This document shows, piece after piece, positions 29,501 through 41,500 of a DNA stretch of 64,000 nucleotides. Position 1 is the stretch's first letter. The number at the start of each line of letters is the position of its first letter. Source of the DNA: Enoplolaimus lenunculus (Eukaryota); the NCBI GenBank assembly GCA_030248215.1, contig JASANG010003525.1, positions 372,001 through 436,000 of the forward strand, in the 5' to 3' direction. The notes beneath the pieces are model-generated. The model saw only the letters and a list, made by a program, of their open reading frames with translations, searched no databases and was not told where the DNA came from. The translations under genes were made by a program, and so were the position numbers.

Positions 29501-32500
29501 AAATACACATAATACAAAATGTGGCTTGCACCGAAGTGCTCGTGGCGCCAAATACAAATATATAATAACCAAACACATATAATACGTATCGCCAGAACCA
29601 AATAACGAGCTAAAAATGTCTGTAAACATTTTGGGCCTCTATTGTGTTTTACAATACATAATAAACACACAAGAATACAAATACGAGACAAAATAAATAA
29701 ACATAGGCATTTTTATTTTTTGTTTTTTATTGTATTTTCACTGTTTAGTTTTTTGGGCATTTTTTATTTTTTTGGCATTTTTTGTTTTTTGTCCAATATT
29801 CTATTGGACTATGCCTCATTTAGCCCAATGCCTCGTTTTAGTCCATTATTATGGCTAATAGTATATACTTTTATGCGATTCTAGAAAAATCCGACATTTT
29901 TAACGTTTTAAAAGTTATACCTGGAATTTAAAGGTACTGTGTGTTTGGTTTTTAACACTTGTAGTGTGAAAATTAAACTAGCAGTAACTGGTGGGGTTAA
30001 AAGAAAGCGTACAAAATCAAACCTGCTTCAGTGGCTCGATTGTTTGAAGCCGTAGTATACTGAAATCTGGACCGAAATAATTAGTTCAGAACAGAGTTTT
30101 TTGTGCATTTTACGGTGCATTTGCACACCTTTGCTTGAAAATGCGCACAGACTTTGAAAATGCACATCGAAATGCACAGTAACTTAAGCTGAAGCCGAAA
30201 AGCAGTTATCAGGAAATAAATATACCAAATACCTAATCAGGAAATAAATATACCAAATAACTATAGAAAACGTTCAAGCTCACTATCAAGTGTAAAAATA
30301 TTGACACTTTTTTCAGTTGTTAGGCTTGTAAATCATTCGTGTTCAGCAGTGTAGTTTTCTAATGAATCAACAGCCAGTTCAGTTTCATATTCATCGAAAG
30401 CTTCAAAGTCCAGCATTGGTTCATCCCGTTCGGGTACTATTTCGGCTGAAGTGCTAGGCAAAACCTGCTGGACTGTATGTTGTCTAATCTTATAGCGACC
30501 TCTAACAGTATTGTCGTTCCACATCTAAAAACATGGTTTATCTCGAAAAAACAAAGAAAATGGCAACATAAATATTTACCTCAATCCTGGATGCGCTGGA
30601 ACAGTGGCTTTTTGCTGCGAAACTTTGACTGAATGGCGATCTTTTGAACTTGAGAAGTGTTCAAAGTTAGCCGCTTCTACCGTACTATAAATACAACAAC
30701 AAAATCCTCTGTTTACCTCTCAATGTGCAAAGTGAAATTTAGCGCGTTATAAAGTTTTTCTCAGTGCAAATCATAATTAATGAACAAAATGCAACTAATA
30801 GTCGTTTGACAAAGCAAAATCAGCTGATACTACCAAGAAATGCGAAGACAGTAATCAGTGGATAAAAAACCACGAAGCTGTTGAACCAATCGCTGACTAT
30901 CGATTATAACCAAGCCAGGCGGCTAGAGTAAATGCTCTCCGTTGGTTTCCGAGCGGCACATCGATAGCCTTGTTCGCTCATAGTTCAGCAACCTACTCTC
31001 AACTCTACTTACACGAAGAACAGCAAATAACACACACATCCAAACACCTGAAAATATCCTGAATCTAACACGACTAGCTAGACAGGACACGGTCGCGTGT
31101 ACTAAAATATTGGAAAAAAGAAATTGCAGCAAAAACGTTTCACACCGCTCATATTCCGGACTTAAAACGCTAGAACCAAAAGCTTCAGAGAACGCATTTT
31201 GTGTGCTGGTGCTGTAATTTAAACAAAAGAAATTAACACTAGACAAACGTTTTCAGCAAGCGTTGGGGAAGGGGTACACTGATCCGGATTTAGCTCCGAT
31301 TCTCTAAAGCTGCTGCCAGTTACAAAATGAGACCGCACATTATAAGACTTCTCGTATAAATCGAGTCTCATCCTTTCGGCATTGTATCTTGCCAAACGCC
31401 TACGATTAATCATTAACCTCAACATAATGAGTCTCACACTAGATAGTAATCAGTTTTCGCTCGGTAATTTCCGATCGTGGACAACAATACTTAATCTGTA
31501 ACACCATTTCCGTATCAAAAGGTTTCACTTGTAATTTATACGAAGCGATAACACCTGTGTGATCGGAAAATTTTTTTGGTGAAGCATCAAACGACAAGTG
31601 GGATTCAGTATCAGCCCGCAATGGAGTATCAATTCTTGCAAAAACTACAAGAGGTAAAAAGGATATAAATCGTGGTACTGCCCTAAGGCTGCAATTTACA
31701 TTTCTTCCCAAACCCGTTTAGCATGGTCATAATCTTCAATTAAAATACCCGAGTCAGCTAATGTTGAATAAAATTTAGTCTTATCCGGTAATACGGTATC
31801 ATTAAACCGCTCTAAATGAATCCATATATTCATACGGGTAAAGCCCCTTGCGTAACATTAGTTTTATCTTATCCCCAAATGCGGGTGGTTTCATTGCATT
31901 AAAACTTGAAGCATCACGCTTCTTCATATTTTCAGCTACACAGCCTATTTCTAACCCCATTTCAAACATTTTGTACTTATTTCTTGCATTATAAGGTGCC
32001 CATCATACCTACGCAAGTTGTGAAATAATGCAGTAACGTCTCTATTTAACCGGTACCCAATGTTACATTTAAAATATGCAGTACCTCGGTACCGGCTACA
32101 TAAGTGACAATGGTCTTTCACCTTATCACCGTTTTTCATTGGCTTACCACATGGGTAACAACAGTAAGCATTTTTGAAATCTACTTTATCTTCATCAATC
32201 ATTTTTATTGTTTTCTGGTTTTCCATATATTCTTGCTGAAACATTTCAGCCAACACTATTACATTAACTATGAACTTCGAAACAGCATCGGTTCCGCGGT
32301 ATGTAAAAGTTTCGCCGTTCTGTATTTTATCGTTACAACACCCAAACGTTTCTACTAAGCCATAGTCACATGGGGTGTGTCTTTGGTTTTGGGTAATGTA
32401 TGAATTTTTTGGGAACGGGTCACATGGTCTAATTTTTCAAGGAGGCACTGAAAATCTGCATATATAGCATAAGGGTACCTTTACATGTGGTGTATATTTT

Positions 32501-35500
32501 TAAAACTTAGCACTGAATTTGGTTCAGGTATATCTACTCGTAATGTTTCTTCATTACGATATAATTTTATATGTTCCTCACGCTTATCCTTACTGTAACA
32601 AGGGGCTAAACATTTATCGCAAAAATATAGTCTGCGCTTTTCTCCGTTGACTAGCTAACGGCTAATCTAAACTTCGAATTAAACAGTAATGACCCTCATA
32701 CAATAATAAATGAACGTAGGGTTGGTACAAGCACACTCCACAAAAACACTTATTACCCTCATTTTCAATGTTTAGCACTGTGTGCTTTTTTATTAGCCAC
32801 TGGGGTAGCGATTTATATGTTGACCCTTTTAACGGAAAGTATCTACAAATGTGTACATCTGCATGCCCTATACTATCTAAAACCCACCCTGATCCCATTG
32901 CTTGAAAATTATCAATTTTTTTAAAACATCGTTCAAAGTACTATCTAACTCTATAGTTATATCTGATCCTGGTAATATCGAACGTGACTTTGAGTTAAAA
33001 TGGCACTAACACCGAGGCATTGTATGCTCATCAGGTGCTGTGTTCGAATGTACTTGTACAGTATTGCTTTATGATGTCATGATCATGAGCACGTCGTTTA
33101 CCACTACCATGTCCTATGTTATTGGGTACTGATGTTGCCTGTTGGCCGGGAAACATTTGGGGTGGTAACTGTGGTCCGTTTACATTGTCAAGTTTTAACT
33201 GAGGGGGTTAAAGGTGCCCCTCATGTGACGTCGCAAGTTATCTTTTTCCGAAAAACTTAATTTGCAAATTGCACATTGAAATACGTTATCTTTATGTATT
33301 GACTCCATATGTCTATACAAATTATCACTTCGAGTATACGAATTAGTACAATAAACACACTTCAAAGCCATTCTATTTAGGCGTTTGCAAAAATGAGCGT
33401 AAAAATTGTAAGTTGGTAAAATGAAACTGATTGAGTTTTTAAGAATTCGCTGGTTTATATAAGTTTCAGAGCTGGCAGCAGCATGATAAATCTTGGTGTA
33501 GTCACACGTGTTTTACTTTGTCAGATCGAATCAGAATAAAGCTTCTATGGAATGTTCTAGAAATTGGAAATGAACAACCAATGAGATTGAGTGTTGTCGT
33601 ATCGTCACTCACATAGCCCGAAGGTTTTAGAAATTCAACTTCATAACAACCAATAAAAATGCAGTATTCTGATTACGTCACTCAAATAGCATCGAAACAA
33701 CCAACCAAATCACTTTATAGTACGAAATTCTAGAACCTTCGCTGCAATGAGTAACCAATAAAAGTGTAAGCAGAACTCTGAAAATTTACTATAAAAGGAC
33801 CTTAATTCTACAGTAAAAAATTATTTTATAATTTTTACACTTATAAACTGACGCATAATGGACTCACCAGAAGTCGTAAAGCAGCTTGTGCAAATTTTAA
33901 AGAATGCTGTAGATAGTGAGATTATGGAGCAACCATGCACAGCGTGCACTTTGGTCCAACGCAGTCAATGGGCGCATATGATGTTTGGTGGGTGCCTGGA
34001 TGATATAAGAATTGATAGAATTACTGTTGAAAATATTTGTGATAAGCTTTATATTGAATATCCATGACGTTTGTTTAACCTTGTAATGAATAATTTGAAC
34101 GAATAAAATGAAAATAGCGTAATCTACTTCTGCATATAGCAGATGATGCATATGCATCAGGTGGCTTTTGCCATATTTTATTTTCACAATAAATGCTATG
34201 TGAATAAGCTGCAGATATATTCTTTATGCAGGAAATAAGCCACAGGCATTTCAAATGATAATAAAAACATTGCATTCACAAACGTATGACCATGCTTAAA
34301 TTCATTGTTTATAAATTTCACCATGTCAACCACTTCTTTCCGGCATGTCAAACATTCATTCAATTTCTGTTCAAATTCTGAACCACCATCAATCCAGTCA
34401 CCTGTTGTTTTGCATTGTTCCTTAAAATCTTGCACTTTCTGCTTCCAAAATATAATTTCTTCTTTCATGTAATGTTCTTCAACCCATCGAGCTATATCAT
34501 CTGTTTCATCTGACGCACAGCATCACATATAAGTGGCGCTACTTGTTCGATTACCCATGTTCTTATTGTAGTTGTTAGGTTGCAAAATTTTATTATGAAA
34601 CTGATTGAAATTTGATAGATTTTACAGGCTTATATACGCTTCATGCTAGCAGCATGATAAATCTTACTATACCACGAAAATATTTATTCAGCGCAAAAAA
34701 CTAGCTAATTTCGATTGGCTTAAACCCACCTGCATAGATTAGCCTGACACTTTTTAATTTCTGCTTGCAGAGATAGGTTGGTTCTTCTTAGCTCTGAAAA
34801 TTTTTTTTGACATTTGCTTTATACGCTAAAACCACTCGGCTTAGATAGATCGTTTCACTCTTGCACGCTTGGTTTTCTTGCAGTTCAAAAAATAGAAGAT
34901 CCACCTGGTGGATCTTTTTCACAAAATAGAGTAGTCGTTGAAAGGACTGTTGGGATAGGCAGGCTCTTCCGATTTTAGTGTCGGCGTTCTACCTCTACCC
35001 AGTTGGTGAGCACCATGGCACGTTCACCTACGGCATGGTGGAACTCACGTTAACGTATAACGCCACCGTGCCTCGTTGGTCGTCGTAGGTGACACCGTTT
35101 GCACGTTCGTATGACCCTCTCTTTCCACCCATCGTGAAGTCGACTTTTACCTTTTTGAACTTGCGCACCAACGTGTGTTCGGGTGAGGTGATTGCTTATT
35201 TTGATGTTCATTTTGGAAAATTGATATGTCTAACAAAAAATCTTTTATATGTAAAGGGTAAAATCTAAATTACACCAGGTTTATTCTAATTGTGAGTGTT
35301 TTCATATATTAATGGTAAAATATAGCGTTATCATGTCTAACACATACATGTTAACGCTTTAATTCACTTATGCCTAGAATTCTAATAAATGTGTTTGGTT
35401 TATTCTGCTAAGCTATGCATTTGATTTCGAAATAGAATATTGACACTTTAAGTTATAAAAATTATTATTTATATGGATTGTAATATTTGAGTGTGTTTCA

Positions 35501-38500
35501 GAAATAAAGTGGTCAGCTGAAACATAGAACTTATTGATTTTTGTCACTTTTCCAAGCCTATGACATGAAAGATGGCCCCTCAACTTTTCAGATACAAGTA
35601 CTGCTGATGTGAATCCTACCAAGCAGGTAAGCAGTAACTTTATTGTTAAAATTTTATATAAGTTAATAATGACTTAAGGTGATCATAGCTTATATAAATT
35701 GTCTTTTATCAAATAATCCAAGCCAAAAAAACGTCTTTTGTAAAATACAATGTTTTTTCATTATATTTGGAAACTAGGGAATTGCTTCGCTTTAGAATTT
35801 TGTAGAAATGATAATCTCCTAAGGTGATCAGGACCCAAGCGCCAAGCTTGAGTTGTCTTTTTCAGTTAGGCAGTTTTAATTTCTGTTTTCAGCTCACTTT
35901 ATATTTTGTTGTTTTGCAGTTTGGTGCATTTAACTTTTGGGTTTTGACAGTTGAAAAATAAGTTTTTGTTTAATTATTGAATATGTATTTTTGTAAACAC
36001 TTATAATTTTAAGTACTTAACACCAGGGTTTAACCAGAGTTCCTGCAAAAACTCAATTCCTGTTGATGTCCCTGTTCCAGGTTTCAATAATGCAGGAACC
36101 TGAATTTTGTACGGTTTTGAGAACTTATTTATAATCATTTTTAAATATTTGAAACTTTCTTTGAAAAATTTTTATATTGAAATAAGTTGTTTTGCAATTA
36201 ATAGTTCGATGTTGTTGCTAAATTGTTGCTAATGTGTTTTCACAACATTTAGTTTCCGTTGGAATCTTGGTTACTACCATTCTCGTTCGCTGGTCTTTAA
36301 AAACCAATTTACCCAGAATTTTACTTCTTAGTGTGAAAATTTCGAAAAACATTCGCAATAATTCTAGCTTGTCTTTTTGATATGTATATAACTTTAACAA
36401 AACCTAAAAATCTAATATTTCTGAAACAACATTTATTCCGATCTTTCTACCTAAATTTACGTCTATTAATGTTTTAGATAAGACAAAATAAATCCATTAT
36501 TATTATTATTTTCATTCCATTTATTTACACATATCTTTGTTTTTAACTTTAAAATGTGAGTATGCTTAGTCATTTTAATAATAGCTTGATCATTGTTTGA
36601 GATACTATTGTTTATAATAATTTTAAGGTGTTCATTAATAAACAAAATTTTTGGAATTGGAAATTTAACTTTGTGGTATTCGAGAACACTGGTAGTGTAG
36701 TGGAACGGCTGAGGCCGGGTCGTCCAAAGTCTGCCACAACTGGGGACCAGAAAGCTGCATTAAGCGCTGCGTATCCAGGAGCCCCCAGAAGTCAAATCGA
36801 AGGGCTTCCCTCCAGCTGGGTATTCCTCATACTTCCCTTTGGCGCCTTTACAAGGAGCTTAACTTGAAGCCCTTTCGGCCCCGTCTTATCCATGGAGTCT
36901 CTGAAGATGATTTTGATCGCAGAGTCCAGTTTTGTCAGACATTTATGGACATGGTGGAAAGTAGTTCGTTGGACCTTGATCGCATTTTGTGGGCCGACGA
37001 GGCGGTTTTCAAGCTCAATGGTCATGTTAATCACCATAATTGTGTTTATTTGTCTGAAGACAAGCCGCATGTCACGTCTAACAAAGAGGTCAACGCCCCT
37101 GGAGTCAGTGTCTGGGCCGGAATTTGTTCACAAGGCATCGTTGGTCCATTCTTTTTTGACGGAAATGTTAATAAAACCAGCTATTTGGAACTTTTATCTG
37201 TGAATGTCTACCCGCAAATCGCAACCGAGGACCTTGTTTTCATGCATGACGGAGCCCCAGCTCACCACGCTACCGAAGTTCGCGCTTGGCTGGACGAAAG
37301 GTTCCCGAATCGATGGATCGGCCGCAGAGAAGCCATCGAGTGGTCAACTAGGTCACCAGACTTAACTCCGCCTGACTTCTTTCTTTGGGATGTTGTGAAA
37401 GAAGATGTTTATGGAAGTAGGGCGAAGGACCCTCAAGAATTGATGGACAGAATAAAATCAGCGTTTTCTAGAATTCCAGTCAACCGATAGTTAGCATCAA
37501 ACAGTGGGTAGTTACTTCTGAAATACCCGGTATTTAGCTGTTTGCAAATAGCAATGTAATAATTCTTTATTTCAGACGCTGCCAAAGAACTACAACAAAT
37601 TGGGTGCTCGCCGGCGCCACGTCTACAACGTAGGGTACCAGAAAGATCGCCCCGACATAATATTCAAATCCAAGCGGGCGGTACTGACCGCTCGCTTGGA
37701 AGTGCAGCGCAAGGCGCGAATTGGGCTGCGCTTTAAGCAGCAGCAGCAGCAACAAGAACAAGAACAACAACAACAACAGCAGCAGCGGCAACAACAACAG
37801 CAGCAACAACAACAACAATAACAACAACAACAACAAGAACAAGATCAAAATTATGAGTCGTGAGTTCGAAAGAACTCATGGCAACGGCCTTGTGCCATTA
37901 GAAAAAATTGCTTAATTGTTATGTTTTTTATTTTTACCTGTATAACTCAGGGTAATATCGTTTGTAGTAGGACTAAGCTTAAGTTTTAACCCAATTTTTA
38001 GCTTAGGTTTTAACTTGCACTTAAAACTTAGGATTAGGTTCAGAATATGTTTATAATAATGCTGGAACCCTGAATTATTTATGGGCTTTATTTTTAATAT
38101 AAAACAATAAAAAATCTAGAAAAAAAAATAAAAGAGACGAATATTGAAAAAAGAAAAGAATAAAAGAAACGAAAAAAATGAAAAAAGAAAAGTGAAAATT
38201 AAAATAACAAAATAAAATGAAAAAATGAAAATAAAGAAAAACCTGCGGCTGTTTGCACAGCTACCAGGGGCGGCCCCTACGGCGATGGGGCAACCTGACA
38301 CTCAAGTTTTGGGGTTGAAATTATCCCCCCCGGACCAGGGTGCGATCGGATATCCGGCTCCGGCAAAAAATCGGCATCCGGCTCCGGTATTTTTTCTTGC
38401 CGGATATTTTAATAACAATTACACATGCTAACTATATTTTATTTTAAAAAGAAAACGTACTATTGTAATATAAAAAGTATAATATAAAAAGTATCAAGCT

Positions 38501-41500
38501 ACACCGTTTCAAATTCGCACAGCTTACTATGTTAAAATTTCATTTTAATCTTACTGCTTAAAGCTAAACAACTCAAACATTGCTGAAAACCAAAACGTTT
38601 TTATCTTTGCTGCCAAAATTTACCATAAAGATAAATTAGGATAGAAAACTGTGAGCTAAACTTAAACGCATACATCTAAATCATTGAGCATCAACACCGG
38701 TTCCGGCACCTTTTGAACATGCTAAAGACCATTATTTACTTCGATAATAATAAAAAACAACCATTAACCGGTTTGTAAAAGAATATCTAAAACAATATGC
38801 CTAATAAAAATATATCACAACTGTCATACCTATAAAGGTATGCCAATTGTGGAGAAAATAAAAGCGAATACTTTCGACACAAAGTACTTTGCTTAACTGC
38901 AGAAAAACTAATTAGAAATACCGTTCTCATCAAGCTAAAATGTCCGGAGAAATCTTAAACTGAACGCTTATTGCAAAAACTGTAACTCGTTTAAATATTG
39001 TTTAAATAATTTATTTTCGCTGATAACAAATTGGGCAAATCTACCCTAGCTTTATTATGATGCCTTTTGCAAATATTTTCAATATAATGTAAGTTTTATA
39101 TCCACTTTCGCAAATATTTTTGATAAATTATTTTAACCAATAATTTTACAAAAATATTTACAAAGACTCCTTAACAAAAACTTGTGTTTTGGATTAAAAA
39201 GGCGTTTTCAAGCTTTTAAGTAAATATTTTTGTAAAAAATTAACCACCATCAAAGAATAAGCCGTTGATATCGAGTCATTTAGTCGTTCAACATTTTGGA
39301 TTAAATAGGTGTTTTCAAGCTGTTAACTCAATATTTTTGTGAAATGCGAAGTAGTTATGTTTGCCTTTTCATAATGTATCTATACGTATAAGGTCTACAC
39401 ACATTGTCTGTGTAAACATCAAAGACCAAACGCTTTCCTGAAGGAGTGCAATAGAGTTTATTGATTTATTATATATTCATTTATTTATTTCTTTATTTAT
39501 TTATTTTTATTGTTTATTTATTATTTATTTATTTATTTTCTGTTATTCATTTAATTATTATTTATTTATTTTTTATTACTTAATCATTATTTGGTTATTT
39601 ATTCATTCATTTATTGATTTATTATTTATTCATTTATATATTTCTTTCCAAATTTTTTATTACATATTTATTTATTAATTGGTTATCTATTTATTTATTT
39701 ACTTATTTATTTATTATTTATTGATTGATTTATTATTTATTCATTTATTTATTTTTTATATGTTTATTTATTATTTATTTTTGTTTATTTATTTATTTTA
39801 TATTATTCATTTATTTATTATTTATTCATACAATTACCTATTTATTTATTCATTTATTTTATTTACTTATTTTTCATTTAAATGTGGTCCCTGCTTAGGC
39901 TTGTGCAAAATTTTACAGTGGCGCATGCACTGTTGCTTAAATGATCTGTAACTGAGTGTGGGTAAAACTCAGCAACCCTCAAACATTATTTTATATTTAC
40001 TAGGTCCGAATAAGTGTGTAATATTTTGATATGTGATGTTGGTAACTACAATTTACAGTTATGATTGCATCTTTGTACTTTTGGACAAACATTATGTTAA
40101 GAACGTTGTGTTTTCAGTATTTCAGCAAAAAAATTGTTAAAAATGGTTCATAAATGCTGTTTTTGTCATAAAACATATTCAAAAGAATCTGACTTGGACT
40201 TTCACTTAATGTTAAAACATAATAGCACAGCCGCAATTGATGCTCGTAAAAAATTGAAATTGAGAAACATGCAGACTTTTTAATTAAAAAAATAATTGAA
40301 CGTTATCAAAGTAATTGTTTTGCGTGTAAATAAAATCTACCTTGGCGTGCACATAGCAACAAAAATTGCTGCTCTGATCCAGAGCGCTTTTCATACACCG
40401 ACTTTGAGAATGAGGCGGTTAAATGGTGCATTTCTTGGACTGCAAATTTGTATCAACAAATAAGATCAAATCTTTGCTTGTAATTAACTATGAATGATTT
40501 TTTGTGCTGCCAGTGCGCTAAAACATTCACCAATAACCATCATTTTCAACGGCACATGCGCACAATATACAAAAACAATGACTTTTTCCGTGTCCCAATT
40601 GTAACAAATACTTCAAACGTGCTGACAGTACGCCGCCACGAAATAGCCTCACATCACCAACAATCGTCGAAACCAAGTGACACTGAACTCATTCTAAAGG
40701 AACTGAAGGAAATGAAAATTCGAATGTCAGCAATGGAACATACATTGGACGTACTTGTAAATCAACGCAACTGCAAAAAAATCACATACGAAACAGTTGC
40801 TACTCAAACAGACCGTGAAGAATTAAATCATATTCTTCGCAGCACTCAAAATATTGCACAAGTCACGCCAAATGCCGATACGAATGCCTGTTTGCCAAAA
40901 GATACAGCTCCACACACCAATTACTCAATTGTAGTTGAATCAATTACACCCCCCCCCAGTCCTAGAAAATGATGTGGAACCTTTAGAAAACAGCACATTT
41001 CCAAACACAATCGATGAGCTCTGTAACAAAGTGTTTCCATTAGATTCAAACAGCGATAGTTCGTGGACTGGTTTTTTAAATGTTCACTCGAATTTGATCA
41101 ATTTTAAACGAGGTGAGAATTATTCTAATATTATTGTATACATGAACGTAAGCATTACTTTGCCTAAAAGGTGTGTGCTTCAATAATTATGTATCCCACT
41201 TGGATTCTAGCGCACCCCCACATTACCCCCACTGGGGTAAAACCGCACCCACACATTACCCCCACTGGGGTAAAACCGGAACCCCCACCACCCCCACTAG
41301 GGTAAAACCGCACCCCCACATTACCCCCACTGAGGTAAAACCGGAACCCCCACCACCCCCATGTGGGGGCGGGGGGGTAAAACCGGCATTTTTATCTACT
41401 TTTGTACAAGAAAGCCACATATATGTAAGACATTACCAAGTCTATACATCAGATAAAAACGATTTTAATGTTAAAGCAACAACATATTAGTCAATTCGGA

